Below, in pieces: positions 16,802 through 27,571 of a stretch of DNA of 64,000 nt. The position numbers were made by a program, and so were the translations under genes. Source of the stretch: a virus; the IMG/VR virus record IMGVR_UViG_3300021356_000002. One strand, written 5' to 3'. The notes under the pieces were generated by a model that had not been told where the DNA came from, searched no databases, and saw only the letters and a program-made list of their open reading frames with translations. Position 1 is the stretch's first letter. Each line of letters begins with the position of its first letter.

Positions 16802-16982
16802 GATATTCAGCCATCTTGCTCAGTTCAGTTTCAAGAGTTTCCATCATATCTGGGTGTTCTGCGACAGCCACAGAATGTTCCAGAATGAGTTCTGCATTCA
16901 TTCGATGTCTGTGAATGCTTGCTTCAAAATGCGCTTTCGCGGCTTCAATAATCTGTTCTCTAAATTCTCTTACGGGTTTCAT
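16767..16982 (-). CDS. Hypothetical protein
   Basis: Helical, with a VAVAEHPD motif; GAGG RBS. Confidence 0.7.
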   Translation of the reverse strand: MKPVREFREQIIEAAKAHFEASIHRHRMNAELILEHSVAVAEHPDMMETLETELSKMAEYHDRLEMLETYF

Positions 16983-16997
16983 GCAACGACCTCTTCT

Positions 16998-17267
16998 TTA
17001 TACGCGATGAGCAATCGCTGACGGATAACCTTCGTACCACTCAACGACGGTGTTTGTGCGGAAAGAGCGCCACGCATCTTTGTCGAGACACCAGACAGCA
17101 AAGTGTTCGCTGTTTGCGTCCATGTCTTGAACTGTGATGCTGGTGCCAGCAATCTCAGCGTTAAGGGTGCAAGGCATAACACGGATCTCGTCCGTATTAA
17201 TCTTTTTGAAAACAACAGTAGCAACGCCTTTCTTTACTGCGTCGATAAATTGTTGTGGATTCTGCAT
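16998..17267 (-). CDS. WYL_2/DUF2693-like SH3/Sm-fold protein
   Basis: VVFKKINTDEIRVMPCTL...VWCLDKDAWRSFR. Confidence 0.75.
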   Translation of the reverse strand: MQNPQQFIDAVKKGVATVVFKKINTDEIRVMPCTLNAEIAGTSITVQDMDANSEHFAVWCLDKDAWRSFRTNTVVEWYEGYPSAIAHRV

Positions 17268-17270
17268 TGG

Positions 17271-17798
17271 TTATCCTCCGAAGTAAGACAGAATGTTTTC
17301 AGGTGAAGTTACTTCGTAAGGGTCAGTCTCGCAGTTGTCCTCGCGACCTGGCTCTTCGAAGATTTTCATGATTACGCCATCGACAACGTGCATCGCATAA
17401 CGCCACGAACGCATACCAAAACCAAGATTGTCTTTAGCGACAAGCATTCCCATTTGCTCAGTGAAATCACCAGAGCCGTCAGGAATCACTTTGACGTTGA
17501 CTAATTTCTGATCTCTAGCCCACGCATTCATTACAAACGCATCGTTGACCGAAACACAGTAGATGTCATCGACGCCATAACTTTTAAACTGACCGTACAA
17601 CTTCTCAAAGTTGGGCAGTTGGTACGTAGAGCAAGTCGGTGTAAAAGCACCGGGAAGAGAAAAGACAATCACAGACTTGCCCATAAACAAGTCTTCGGTA
17701 GTTACGTCTTCCCATCGATACGGATTTGCACCGGGGATTGAATTATCACGGACCCGAGTTTTGAACACAACGTCAGGCACTTTCACAGGGCTAGTCAT
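17271..17798 (-). CDS. Peroxiredoxin (Prx5-like)
   Basis: SLPGAFTPTCST, SVNDAFVMNAW and GFGMRSWRYAM. Confidence 0.93.
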   Translation of the reverse strand: MTSPVKVPDVVFKTRVRDNSIPGANPYRWEDVTTEDLFMGKSVIVFSLPGAFTPTCSTYQLPNFEKLYGQFKSYGVDDIYCVSVNDAFVMNAWARDQKLVNVKVIPDGSGDFTEQMGMLVAKDNLGFGMRSWRYAMHVVDGVIMKIFEEPGREDNCETDPYEVTSPENILSYFGG

Positions 17799-18010
17799 TT
17801 GTTTCTCCTATTAAAGAATGATATCACAAAATATTTTCGAACGCAAGCGACGACGAAAAATATGGAAGTAAAAAGTAAAGTCATCAACTCCGCAGTCAAA
17901 CTAAGCGGTAAGAACATTTTGAGAAGAATGTAGTTGAGAACTAAATTAATTGGTGTTGCTACGATTGTATCACTTACAGCCGTCTTAGCGGCCTTCATGT
18001 TAAATGTCAT
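17795..18010 (-). CDS. Small two-helix membrane protein
   Basis: Two hydrophobic segments. Confidence 0.65.
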   Translation of the reverse strand: MTFNMKAAKTAVSDTIVATPINLVLNYILLKMFLPLSLTAELMTLLFTSIFFVVACVRKYFVISFFNRRNK

Positions 18011-18256
18011 TCACTTTCCAGTATAGATGTCGTCGATATAGTCCCTAAACTGATCAACTTTATCCAGACGATTGGGCCAATAGATATAGTCCTTCTCTGG
18101 ATTCTTTCTCAGATTATCCAACAATGGTTGAATAGCATTATACAACTTATCGAGCCGACTTTCAACCGCATCTTTTTCAGTCGAAGATTTCTGAACAACC
18201 TCCAACTCTTCTTCAGTTACGGCTGTAAAGCCAAAATCGAAAATGTCTTCTGTCAT
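18011..18256 (-). CDS. Conserved hypothetical protein of marine T4-like phages
   Basis: FDFGFTAV...NPEKDYIYWPNR. Confidence 0.75.
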   Translation of the reverse strand: MTEDIFDFGFTAVTEEELEVVQKSSTEKDAVESRLDKLYNAIQPLLDNLRKNPEKDYIYWPNRLDKVDQFRDYIDDIYTGK

Positions 18257-18720
18257 ACCTTGAGTCCGTCTACGTTAAATTTGACATCATACTCAGGATA
18301 ATCAGTGAGGTCCACTTTCACGTCACTTTCAACGTTGATTGATGGATACGAAATTGTATCTACTGTGAGTGGACCTAGACCAAGTTCTTCCTTTGAAGGC
18401 GCATGTCTCCAATCGATATCTGGAACGTTGATAGTCACCGTAGGATTCAGTCGGTCGTGTTCGTACAATGCAAGCAGTGCATAGTGCAGAATCTTCATCA
18501 GGTCTTTGCGGTGGTCGTCAGCAGAACCTTTCTTGCCATATCGACCGTTGTATTTATCAACATTACCAAGAAAGAAGCCGAGACCATGCCCTCGATCAAC
18601 AATCACTTCACTCGATTGAAATCCACCGTGACCATAGTGACCGCTGTACGTAGCGTCAATGTAGTCTTTGAATTCTTGGATCAATTCGTCTTCACGAAAC
18701 TTATATTCAATAGCCATCAA
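18253..18720 (-). CDS. DUF3310-like protein
   Basis: ATYSGHY...GFFLGNVDKYNGRYGKKG...DLMKILHY. Confidence 0.75.
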   Translation of the reverse strand: MMAIEYKFREDELIQEFKDYIDATYSGHYGHGGFQSSEVIVDRGHGLGFFLGNVDKYNGRYGKKGSADDHRKDLMKILHYALLALYEHDRLNPTVTINVPDIDWRHAPSKEELGLGPLTVDTISYPSINVESDVKVDLTDYPEYDVKFNVDGLKV

Positions 18721-18920
18721 TTCACCTTTCGTTCGGCACCGCTTTTATCGGTGACAATCATTTCTTCATCTTCATTAATAACGATAGACTTAGCATCAAA
18801 GACTGTAAGCAAAGCAGACCATACATCGATCAAGCCGTCTTTGTAACCATAATGTCTACCAGCCCAATACGAGCCAAACATCAGCCCTACTGCAATAAGA
18901 GTATGAGTGTAGGGATCCAT
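18717..18920 (-). CDS. Small membrane protein
   Basis: N-terminal transmembrane segment; GGAGG RBS. Confidence 0.65.
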   Translation of the reverse strand: MDPYTHTLIAVGLMFGSYWAGRHYGYKDGLIDVWSALLTVFDAKSIVINEDEEMIVTDKSGAERKVN

Positions 18921-18930
18921 AACGCACCTC

Positions 18931-20310
18931 CTAGAAGATTTTTATGTTTTTGAGTTTTTCGCCCGAAGCCGATTTGTCAAAAACGGGTATATCATCATCA
19001 ACAAGGTCTTGTTGTGTCTCATCTACATCATATAGTTTCATCTTACTTCGATCCACGCCAATCACAAATCTCTTATCGACGTTAGGATCGTTGTAACGAT
19101 TCTTTAACTGCTTCACCATTATCTGTCCAAGACTATTTAGCTCATCATTGGACACAAGAGCGAACATTAGGTCAGCCGTTGCAGGAAGACCGAAAGACTC
19201 AGATGTGTCTTCTAGTCCAGGATCAGAATTGCCATACCCCGACCGAGTCGTTTGTGTTGCTGACACAATGGGCACATCAAACTCTACAGCAAGCCCGCGT
19301 ATTTCTTCAGCGATGGCTTTGACATAGGTGTAAGAGTTGATTGCACCGCCCATGGCTTTCATTCTAGACGATGCACATATATTCAAATAGTCAATGAATA
19401 TAATCTCAGGAACAAACTTCTTCTTCAGTTTGAGTTCCATCAGCAACGCCCGGAAGTGACTGCTATGAGCCTGTCCAGTCGGGTACTCCTTGATGATCAG
19501 CTTACCGTTTGTGCTATCCGCAATTTGACGCACACGGTCAGTGAACATATTCTGTGACATGTTCTCTAACTGATCGATTGGCACATTCAGCAGATTTGCG
19601 TCAATGCGTTCAGCAATGCGCTCCTCTGCCATCTCCATCGTAATGTACAAGACATTACGACCCTGCGAAAGGGCACTAGCCGCAACGTGACACATGAACA
19701 ATGACTTACCAACACCTGTGCCTGCCAAGGCGATGTTTAGCGTCTTATTTGGCAGTCCACCCTTTGTGATCCGATTGAAGTAGTCAAGATCAAAGGGGAT
19801 GCGCTCTTCTTGCTCATGATAAAAGGCGTATCGTTCATCTACGTTTTCAAGGTAATCATGACCTACGTTCGTGTCAAACGATACGGCTAGTGCATTCTGT
19901 AGGATGTCAGGCAGTGCGTTCTTAGAAAGTTTCTCGTGCTTGCCGTCGATGATTGTAATCGACTCCATAATAGCACGATAGACCGCACGATCTTGACACC
20001 ACTTTTCTGTTGTATCTAACAGCCACGTATCATTCTCTTCTTTCACCTCAAAGATGTTGGGAAGAATGTCCATGGCATGAGTGTACATCTGATCAGTCAA
20101 CTTGTCGGACTGATCCAATTCAATCTTAAAAGATTCTAGCGTCGGCAACTTGTTATACTTGCCAACAAACTTCGTCACCTCAGTGAACAGATGTTGGTAC
20201 ACACCTTCGAAGTATTCTTTCTTAATGAAAGGAATGACCTTACGCATGTAAGGCTCATTTGTCAAAATGTTTCGAATGATTGTTTGTTCTAAATCAATCT
20301 TCACTGTCAT
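18931..20310 (-). CDS. 41: Replicative DNA helicase (T4 gp41, DnaB-like)
   Basis: AGTGVGKS Walker A, ITMEMAEERI, FIDYLNI, SATQTTR and KQLKNRY. Confidence 0.97.
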   Translation of the reverse strand: MTVKIDLEQTIIRNILTNEPYMRKVIPFIKKEYFEGVYQHLFTEVTKFVGKYNKLPTLESFKIELDQSDKLTDQMYTHAMDILPNIFEVKEENDTWLLDTTEKWCQDRAVYRAIMESITIIDGKHEKLSKNALPDILQNALAVSFDTNVGHDYLENVDERYAFYHEQEERIPFDLDYFNRITKGGLPNKTLNIALAGTGVGKSLFMCHVAASALSQGRNVLYITMEMAEERIAERIDANLLNVPIDQLENMSQNMFTDRVRQIADSTNGKLIIKEYPTGQAHSSHFRALLMELKLKKKFVPEIIFIDYLNICASSRMKAMGGAINSYTYVKAIAEEIRGLAVEFDVPIVSATQTTRSGYGNSDPGLEDTSESFGLPATADLMFALVSNDELNSLGQIMVKQLKNRYNDPNVDKRFVIGVDRSKMKLYDVDETQQDLVDDDIPVFDKSASGEKLKNIKIF

Positions 20311-20620
20311 CTTCAGGATTGCCTAATTGTAAACTACCAGTGTGTGCCGCTTCTTCAAGAACAGACGCAAGAACTTCTGCGGCTCTGTCTTGAAGGGCAA
20401 CGTTGTCTTCTGTCAATTCAGTATCAGGTGTTGATACTAACATAAAATTAAAGTTTAAGCAATCATTTTCTCCATCAAAGGCGATGTTACCGAACCGTAA
20501 AACAGATTCAGTAAACTCGCCCTTAAGAATGCGAATGTCCCATGACTGATCATTCTCGTTGTCAGTGGCGGGAATCAACTCGTAGTCAACTCCCTCTTTC
20601 GCAGTGCCGATACCCATCAT
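20294..20620 (-). CDS. Hypothetical protein in the uvsX-41 interval
   Basis: Acidic 108-aa ORF at the position of T4 gene 40. Confidence 0.7.
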   Translation of the reverse strand: MMGIGTAKEGVDYELIPATDNENDQSWDIRILKGEFTESVLRFGNIAFDGENDCLNFNFMLVSTPDTELTEDNVALQDRAAEVLASVLEEAAHTGSLQLGNPEDDSED

Positions 20621-21666
20621 TCAACTTCCATTTCTAAGTCAAGATCAATCGATGCGCCAGCACCAATCTTGTACTGCTTTTCAATGAACGACTGGAAGTC
20701 TTCATCTTCTAGTAGTCCTTCCCAGAAAGAATACGCGAGCGTGTCTTTCTCTCTGACCTTTCCACCAACCAGTTGTCCATTAGATTTATCAACCAGTTGA
20801 TACCAGCCGTTACTAGGCTTAATAACAAAACCACCAGCAAGAGCAACATCCAAAAGCCCACTATAAGACTCAATCCCACCTTCCCAAGAAACTCGGATAG
20901 GAATCTTCGACTTCTCTTTAACAAATCGAGACTTTTCGACGTTGATGATGAAGTCATAACCAGTTACCTCAGTGCCAGTTTTGTTCTGCCGACGACCGAG
21001 AATCCAGATGTTATCAGCAGAGTAGTAGATACCAGTACCACCGCCAACAATATCTTTCGGGAACAAGCCAATCTCTTTGTACGTATGATTGATCGCAAGA
21101 AGAGGAATGTTCTTCATCGTCAGATAAGGTGTTGTCATTCTGAACAAGCCCTTGAGTGCTTTTGCACGTGACATATCAGCCACAGACTTTTCGTTGATAG
21201 CGTCTTCAAGTTCTTTCTTAGACGCTAGATTACCAATAGAGTCAATCACTACGATAACTTTATCGGCTTTGTCCAGATTCTCAAGCTGGTTGATCAAATC
21301 AAACTTCAGTTCTTCGACATTAGTGATAGGCGTGTGGAGCACACGATTCACATCAATACCAAACGTTTCGAAGTAAGACTGTGGCGAACCAAACTCAGAA
21401 TCATAGAACAGCATTACTGCGTCTGGGTCAGACTTCAGAAACTCAGCCGCCATTTTCAGTGCGAACGAAGTCTTGAAGTGCTTAGATGGACCAGCGAGAA
21501 CAGTAAGTCCTGACGCCAGTCCACCCTTCAGACTACCAGACAGTGCGACATTCAACATAGGAACGTCAAGGGTTGTAATCTCACGCTCTTGAAAAAACTC
21601 TGACTCGGACAGCACAGAGGTGTGTGCCACTTTAGAGTTTTTCTTCAGCTTGTTCATTACTGACAT
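20617..21666 (-). CDS. uvsX: RecA-like recombinase UvsX
   Basis: AGPSKHFKTSF, FYDSEFG and IDSIGNLASKKE. Confidence 0.97.
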   Translation of the reverse strand: MSVMNKLKKNSKVAHTSVLSESEFFQEREITTLDVPMLNVALSGSLKGGLASGLTVLAGPSKHFKTSFALKMAAEFLKSDPDAVMLFYDSEFGSPQSYFETFGIDVNRVLHTPITNVEELKFDLINQLENLDKADKVIVVIDSIGNLASKKELEDAINEKSVADMSRAKALKGLFRMTTPYLTMKNIPLLAINHTYKEIGLFPKDIVGGGTGIYYSADNIWILGRRQNKTGTEVTGYDFIINVEKSRFVKEKSKIPIRVSWEGGIESYSGLLDVALAGGFVIKPSNGWYQLVDKSNGQLVGGKVREKDTLAYSFWEGLLEDEDFQSFIEKQYKIGAGASIDLDLEMEVE

Positions 21667-21669
21667 ATA

Positions 21670-22626
21670 TTAGTCCTTCAGATTTTTAAAGTTAATGCAC
21701 TCATCAATCAGTGGTAGTTTATCAGACAGACCCGCAAGTGCGCGTACATCGTGATTCAAAAACTCGCCAGCATATCCACGCGCTTCTTTGTAACTGACAG
21801 AATCGTCAGTCTTCGCACGAACAAATGTAGGAACCATGACACTCTTGTCTGCAATGTCAGGCGCTTGCTCCATCATGCGACGAACAATTGTTGGATTTGC
21901 ATTCTTGACATCAAGAATCGTATCATACAACTGATTGAAAAAAGTTTGCTTGACTGCTTTAAAGCCAGCAAGACCTAGTTTAGCATAAATTACTTCCCAA
22001 ATGCTACCAGTGGTAACAGCCGACGCAGAAAAGTGGCTCGCGTGTTGCAGAAGTTGCAATAGCGATTGTCGTGGCTTTTCTTCACCACCAATCATATGGT
22101 AGTCACTGATAAGAATGTCAGCCATGCTAGTGCAATCAGACAACTCAGGGAAGTAACAAAGCTTCGCTTGAAACACATCATAACCAAGAGTCGCAATCAA
22201 GCGATTGGTCGTTTCAATGTTCAGCGTTGATCGAATACAGATTGCGCACTCGGTCTGCTTGAACAGTTTATTAACTGCATTCAAAAAGTCTGCGTCATCG
22301 AACGTGTCGTTCTTCAACAAAGGAATCTCTTCACAGACAAACACGATGGTTGGCTTTGATTCAATCAACGCATCAACATCTGCGAACGATTCACATCGAA
22401 CAAATTCGGCCGCTTTCGTATTAAACGCAACCGCTGTTGCATCTGCAAGGGTGTTCTTACCAATGACGCCTACACGAAGCGTCTGCAACATAGACTCTTC
22501 TTGACCAGTGGGCGGTGCTTGAATAACTTCACAACCCTCTTCGTCTACTCGTACGGTAGTTCCATCGGCTGCCATTTGAGGTTCGCTCAGTTTTGGCGCG
22601 ATATCAGTTACATTATCACTCATCAT
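21670..22626 (-). CDS. Degenerate UDP-glucose dehydrogenase-like protein
   Basis: IRSTL, YFPE, IGG and AKL...FKAVKQTFFNQLY are retained, but the GxGxxG motif and catalytic Cys are lost (YAGEFL). Confidence 0.65.
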   Translation of the reverse strand: MMSDNVTDIAPKLSEPQMAADGTTVRVDEEGCEVIQAPPTGQEESMLQTLRVGVIGKNTLADATAVAFNTKAAEFVRCESFADVDALIESKPTIVFVCEEIPLLKNDTFDDADFLNAVNKLFKQTECAICIRSTLNIETTNRLIATLGYDVFQAKLCYFPELSDCTSMADILISDYHMIGGEEKPRQSLLQLLQHASHFSASAVTTGSIWEVIYAKLGLAGFKAVKQTFFNQLYDTILDVKNANPTIVRRMMEQAPDIADKSVMVPTFVRAKTDDSVSYKEARGYAGEFLNHDVRALAGLSDKLPLIDECINFKNLKD

Positions 22627-22632
22627 TTGCTC

Positions 22633-23556
22633 CTAGTTATTGCGATAGGCATATTCGACTGCCCTATCAGCTTCTTTCTCTAGTGGTCGATTAGTATACC
22701 ACATTCCATTTTCATTGTCAAATTGTCTACACAACTCTGCGATTTGTTTCGCAGTGATGGGATAGCCGTTCTTAATGGCATTACCCGCGGTAGCAACCAT
22801 AATACGATACATCGTGTGATACCATCCGGTATTCGTTATTGTTTGGTACTGCATAGAAAGTTTCTTTGGCCAAAACGGGCAATCACGATAGCTGGACCAA
22901 GAAACGTTGGTGTTATCTAGTGCTTGCTTACGATGCTCAAGCACTGCTTTCTGTAACTCGGGCGGCAGACGATCTAAAAAGTTTTTACCCTCTTTCTCTT
23001 TGTAGGGATGTTTAGCCTTTAGATAGTCTGGATCAATAGGATCGCCGTGATTAGAAAACATAAAATTATGAGCGTCGAAATACTGAGCAGGAACGTAGTA
23101 CATACGACTAAGATCCTTTGTCTGAGCATCGCCGATTTCACCAAGTTCTGTGTTGAGGGCATGCCAGAAGTGTCGAATTTCGTCTCGCTCGACGTTTCGT
23201 GTAAGTTCAAATACAAGTCGGAATTTAGGTGTATCGACTGTGCTACTTGCAGTAGAATAACACACAAAGTTCCAATGCCCATACCTACTATGAAGCTCAT
23301 TTGTTAGTGGCTCCTCAAAAGTGACATCATCAACATCGACAGCCGCCCATCGACCCCAATACTCAACGTTGTCATTTGATCTTGTTGTACCTTCAGTATA
23401 AATTGCAGGACTAATTAGCGAAGCAGTTTTCTTCGACTCGGGTATACTAGACAAACCAGACAGCAACTCAGTAAACTCTAACCAATTATTCATGGTCATT
23501 CGTTTATGAGTCTTGTTGTCATAACGATTTTTGAACAGCGTCAGTTCTAGTTTCAT
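22633..23556 (-). CDS. Primase/PrimPol-like protein of marine T4-like phages
   Basis: AVDVDD, YSTASS...PKFRLV and QTKDLSRMYYVP, followed by a PriCT-like helical C-terminus. Confidence 0.7.
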   Translation of the reverse strand: MKLELTLFKNRYDNKTHKRMTMNNWLEFTELLSGLSSIPESKKTASLISPAIYTEGTTRSNDNVEYWGRWAAVDVDDVTFEEPLTNELHSRYGHWNFVCYSTASSTVDTPKFRLVFELTRNVERDEIRHFWHALNTELGEIGDAQTKDLSRMYYVPAQYFDAHNFMFSNHGDPIDPDYLKAKHPYKEKEGKNFLDRLPPELQKAVLEHRKQALDNTNVSWSSYRDCPFWPKKLSMQYQTITNTGWYHTMYRIMVATAGNAIKNGYPITAKQIAELCRQFDNENGMWYTNRPLEKEADRAVEYAYRNN

Positions 23557-23562
23557 TCAGAA

Positions 23563-23592
23563 ATTATAACAAATTAAGTTGTGGGCTGTCAA
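23563..23592 (-). promoter_or_regulatory. Consensus sigma70 promoter embedded in the end of the upstream gene
   Basis: TTGACA-18-TATAAT. Confidence 0.75.
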
Positions 23593-24169
23593 CCTTTACC
23601 AGTGCTAATTGATTTGTCTTACGTCTACCTTTGAACGTTTGCTCGTAGTAGAACTTTTTTATCAACTTTAGTTCGTGATGGTCTGCGAATGCATCGCGAA
23701 CAGGAACCAACTCAAAGTTATCGATCAGCATAGCCTTGATGCCAAGATCGATACACATAGTCATATCATGTGATGCGGCATTATAAGTGTGTCCGCCATC
23801 TATCAGTGCGAAGTCATAATCGTAGATAGAAATTTCGTCTATCATTTGATGTGCTTTGCCAGGAATCCATCGCCACTTATTTCGATACATCTTCGATAGT
23901 TTTATAGCGGCAAGCCATCGTGCCGCAGGATTGATTCTATCGTCTGCTTTGCCGTTTCGATCTTCGTAAGGCGAGCAAGAAATCATCTTTTCAAGGTCTT
24001 TGTATATCTCAAGTTGATATGTGGTCGAATGACCAAGATGAAAACCGATCTCTAAAACTCGCTTTGGCTTGTAGAGTTTTTGTGCCCACTCAAACGCTCT
24101 AAAAACTTCTTCAGTCGGTGGCATGTAGCCCCACCCAATATCAGGAAAATCTAAGTGGTCTGTGTTCAT
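23564..24169 (-). CDS. Class I SAM-dependent methyltransferase (Methyltransf_24-like)
   Basis: [12 protein letters not shown] and [11 protein letters not shown]. Confidence 0.85.
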   Translation of the reverse strand: MNTDHLDFPDIGWGYMPPTEEVFRAFEWAQKLYKPKRVLEIGFHLGHSTTYQLEIYKDLEKMISCSPYEDRNGKADDRINPAARWLAAIKLSKMYRNKWRWIPGKAHQMIDEISIYDYDFALIDGGHTYNAASHDMTMCIDLGIKAMLIDNFELVPVRDAFADHHELKLIKKFYYEQTFKGRRKTNQLALVKVDSPQLNLL

Positions 24170-26601
24170 CCAAAAAAGTCCTCAAGCGTTGCCCTTGGCT
24201 CTGCTGACCAGCCCACGGCGGCGAGAATTGGCTCAAGCGGATCAAGGAATGTTTTAACGAACATCATATCATAATCTACTGATACGTGCAAGCCAAGTTC
24301 TTTGGGCAACTGCATTGGAAAAGATATCACGTTCTCTTTGATTTTGTTCGGCTGGCGGAGGTACAGAAACTTAATTTTTTCGCCATCTTGAATCATCTCG
24401 TACTTGTCTTTCAAGCCGGCTTGATTCACATAATGATTATATAGCAGAGAGCCACGAACATGGATCGGTGTGCCTTTGCCGTAGATAGTCTGTCGATCTT
24501 TCCACTTGGTCACTTCAGAGACTCCGCGTGGAAACGCAATCGCTTCGGGCTCTAGGTTCTTAAACTCAGCCTTGAAGTTGGCAATAAATCGTTGCGTGTC
24601 AGACTCAGTGCCTTCGATGATTACTTTGAACGTCTCTTTCATTTTGTCACGGACAATCTGTGGCGTACTGGACTTGATCGCTTCGATGCCCATCATCTTA
24701 AGTTTCGGTTGAGCGTATCGCACACCCTCGTTGTCGTGGACGTTTAGAATGTATCGCTTCTTAGCCATCCAGATACCGCGATCAGCAATCGCCTCACGCT
24801 TCATCACCATACGATTTTCGTACGCGCTCGTTTCTTCAGCTAGTTTCGCATAGGCTTCTGCAATTTTAGTTTCGAAATGTTCTGCGACTTTACTACAGAA
24901 GTTGACGGGATTGACAGGCTTATGTAACTCGACCAGCGGCGCGAAGTTGATATACACAGAGTCGGTGTCGATTGCAATCACGTAGTCATCTTTGGTGCCA
25001 AGAATCTCTTGCATTTCATCGTTCACTGCTTTCTCGGCACACTTGATCGCTCGCTGACCATTTGTGGTCACACCCTCAGCAATCTTCTGATCGAAGTAGC
25101 GGAAGTATTTGTTGGCGAGTGCACCATAGAGAGAGTTCATTAGAATCTTGATCGCCATCTGCTGATTGTCCATCGTAGCAATTTCGTTTTCAAGCTTCTT
25201 GGTGGGTGCTTCTTCGTACTTCTGTTTGGCTTTGAGCATGTTGCCCTTGATCGACACACGGTCGTCGTAGAACTTACGAATCACATTAGGAATGATGCCC
25301 TCAAAATCTTTTCGGAACATGGCTCCATTCGCGCACTTCGTAGTGTCAACTTTCTCATCGTAGCACATAGTCTCGGGCGACATGTTATACTGCACAATGA
25401 TGTTCGGATACAGAGAGTTAAGATCGAACGACACAACCCAGTCATGTGCACCGACAAATGGATCTTTTACATAGCCGCCGACGATCTTACCAGCGTCATG
25501 GTCGATGGGTGGCTTACCAGGAATTACCACGTTCTTGTGTAGCAACTGATTGTAGATAATCGAATCCCAGATTGCAGTGGTGCCAAACGTATCTTGATAG
25601 TTAGTCTTGGCTTGATATGCCATCGTCATAGCCAGCGAGATCAAGCCCATCTTTTCTTCGAACCGATCAACCAACTCAACGTCTTTGATGTTGTAGTCGA
25701 TAAACTTTTGGTAGTCGTACTTGTACAGCGAGTGAAGCGAACCGTATTCTTCGTACGACAGTTTACGCTCGCCAAGCACCACGTGAGCCACATGATCAAG
25801 CTTGTATGATTCTTGCTCGCCCCACGTTTGCTTACCGAACTTCTTAAACAGATCAAGGTAGTCCATCTGAGACACACCCTCGATCTCGTATGCAATCTCG
25901 ACTGTGTTCATCATGCGAATCTCACGCTCGCGTACGAGACCCCATGGCGAGAACTTCTTTACAGCCTCAGCATGGAGAACTTGTTGAGTGCGGCGCACCA
26001 GATATGGAATATCAAAGAGTTTGGAGTTCCAGCCAGTCAGCACGTCTGGGCAGTTGCCCTGCCACCAGCCAAGAAACGCAGTGAGTAGATTGTATTCATT
26101 CTCACAACGAAAGTAGGTGACATCGCAATCGTTTAGCGATTCGTCGTAATCGTCCATGCCCCACACGTAATAGGTGTTGGATTGATTTGACTTGGCGGCA
26201 ATAGAGATGATCGGATGCGCGGCTTCTCTGGGGTGAGGAAAGCCTTGATCAGACGCGACCTCGATGTCGATGGTCAGTACGTTGATCAGATCACGATCAA
26301 ACTTGATGTCGTTAGGGAAAGTGTCGCCGATGAATTGAGTGACGTAGTTCGTCTGTCCGTGTACGGAGAAGTTGGGCACGTTCTCGTACTGCTTCATAAA
26401 GTCAGAGGCTTCTGACATACTGCCGAACTGCATAGGCTCGACGGCTTTACCGTACAACGTTTTGAACTTACCAGAGGCGCGATTGCTTTCGACAAACAAC
26501 GTAGGAGTGTAAGGGATTCTGCGCTCGACGCGAGAACCACTTTCGTAACCACGATAAAGTATTTTGTTGCCCGCGCGGACAACATTCGTATAAAATTTCA
26601 T
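24166..26601 (-). CDS. 43: Family B DNA polymerase (T4 gp43)
   Basis: DIEV (Exo I), [21 protein letters not shown] and KKRY. Confidence 0.98.
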   Translation of the reverse strand: MKFYTNVVRAGNKILYRGYESGSRVERRIPYTPTLFVESNRASGKFKTLYGKAVEPMQFGSMSEASDFMKQYENVPNFSVHGQTNYVTQFIGDTFPNDIKFDRDLINVLTIDIEVASDQGFPHPREAAHPIISIAAKSNQSNTYYVWGMDDYDESLNDCDVTYFRCENEYNLLTAFLGWWQGNCPDVLTGWNSKLFDIPYLVRRTQQVLHAEAVKKFSPWGLVREREIRMMNTVEIAYEIEGVSQMDYLDLFKKFGKQTWGEQESYKLDHVAHVVLGERKLSYEEYGSLHSLYKYDYQKFIDYNIKDVELVDRFEEKMGLISLAMTMAYQAKTNYQDTFGTTAIWDSIIYNQLLHKNVVIPGKPPIDHDAGKIVGGYVKDPFVGAHDWVVSFDLNSLYPNIIVQYNMSPETMCYDEKVDTTKCANGAMFRKDFEGIIPNVIRKFYDDRVSIKGNMLKAKQKYEEAPTKKLENEIATMDNQQMAIKILMNSLYGALANKYFRYFDQKIAEGVTTNGQRAIKCAEKAVNDEMQEILGTKDDYVIAIDTDSVYINFAPLVELHKPVNPVNFCSKVAEHFETKIAEAYAKLAEETSAYENRMVMKREAIADRGIWMAKKRYILNVHDNEGVRYAQPKLKMMGIEAIKSSTPQIVRDKMKETFKVIIEGTESDTQRFIANFKAEFKNLEPEAIAFPRGVSEVTKWKDRQTIYGKGTPIHVRGSLLYNHYVNQAGLKDKYEMIQDGEKIKFLYLRQPNKIKENVISFPMQLPKELGLHVSVDYDMMFVKTFLDPLEPILAAVGWSAEPRATLEDFFG

Positions 26602-26607
26602 GTATGT

Positions 26608-26637
26608 ATTATACTAAAGTTATGTCGGGGTTGTCAA
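26608..26637 (-). promoter_or_regulatory. Consensus sigma70 promoter for gp43
   Basis: TTGACA-18-TATAAT. Confidence 0.75.
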
Positions 26638-27373
26638 CCTCTGCCGACAAATCAACGAAATGAAAATTAGGATGCGTGTCCTGATTGTAAAAGTTTTTTA
26701 CTTGAGACTCTGGTCTGTCGATCACTGTTGTTCCTAGACTTGTATCGATCAATTGAGTAACTGGTGCTTCTATAACAACTTGAGGCTTTCTATGTGCTTT
26801 GGTTACATTGTTCGAAATGCCAGTTTTGTTGTCTTTGCCTAACTTCGGCCAATACACAGCACGAACTTGAAGATTGTTCTTTTTTACCCAAAAATCTGTG
26901 ACAGTATGTAGAATACCCATAGGACCAGTCATTTTGGTATTCTTGTCGTTTTCTACAGCCTCACAGAATAGCTTTGAAATCTGGCGCTTACACGTATAGC
27001 ATTCCATAGCAATGCCAATGTTGAGAGTAATCATCTGCTCCCACTTAGACATGATCATGCGAAACAGTTCTTGTTGATCGGGTCTTAGATATGCATCATG
27101 CTCCATGATGAAGAAACGATCCATCGGTTTTTCGTCAGACGTTTGAGACATGCGCTTGTGCATTCTGTATTGAGAACACAAGGAAGCTTTTTCTTGAGGG
27201 GATCTTCTTTTGTCTTCCGAGAAAGGAAGATCGAGAAGCGTATCAGGTGTGACACACTGCACTACATTTATTTTGAAAATGTCTGATACGCACTCAAAAG
27301 ATTTTAATGCGACTTCATGATATTTAACTGCAAGCGGATCGTTCAGATCAACCTGCATGTACCCTTCAATCAT
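26609..27373 (-). CDS. Glycosyltransferase family 25-like protein
   Basis: [13 protein letters not shown] (compare ExGCxxSH), [10 protein letters not shown] (compare lIlEDD) and MECY. Divergent. Confidence 0.6.
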   Translation of the reverse strand: MIEGYMQVDLNDPLAVKYHEVALKSFECVSDIFKINVVQCVTPDTLLDLPFSEDKRRSPQEKASLCSQYRMHKRMSQTSDEKPMDRFFIMEHDAYLRPDQQELFRMIMSKWEQMITLNIGIAMECYTCKRQISKLFCEAVENDKNTKMTGPMGILHTVTDFWVKKNNLQVRAVYWPKLGKDNKTGISNNVTKAHRKPQVVIEAPVTQLIDTSLGTTVIDRPESQVKNFYNQDTHPNFHFVDLSAEVDNPDITLV

Positions 27374-27382
27374 ATTAAAATC

Positions 27383-27499
27383 CTATACAATAGCTAGAAG
27401 TACGATAACGCCGAGAACTCCGATGGTAGTCCATCCTGCTTGCGCGTGGGTAAGACCCATAAAGAAATCTTTCACCCAGTCTCCAATTGCCCTAATCAT
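27383..27499 (-). CDS. Small membrane peptide (38 aa)
   Basis: Read manually: MIRAIGDWVKDFFMGLTHAQAGWTTIGVLGVIVLLAIV. AAGGAG RBS. Confidence 0.7.
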   Translation of the reverse strand: MIRAIGDWVKDFFMGLTHAQAGWTTIGVLGVIVLLAIV

Positions 27500-27556
27500 A
27501 ATTAGCTCCTTATATAAGGCGGAGTTTTATTTAAACGGAACTCCGCAAACCGTTAT

Positions 27557-27564
27557 TATTTATA
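27557..27564 (-). promoter_or_regulatory. Late promoter TATAAATA
   Basis: Exact T4 late consensus in an intergenic region. Confidence 0.75.
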
Positions 27565-27571
27565 CATCGAG

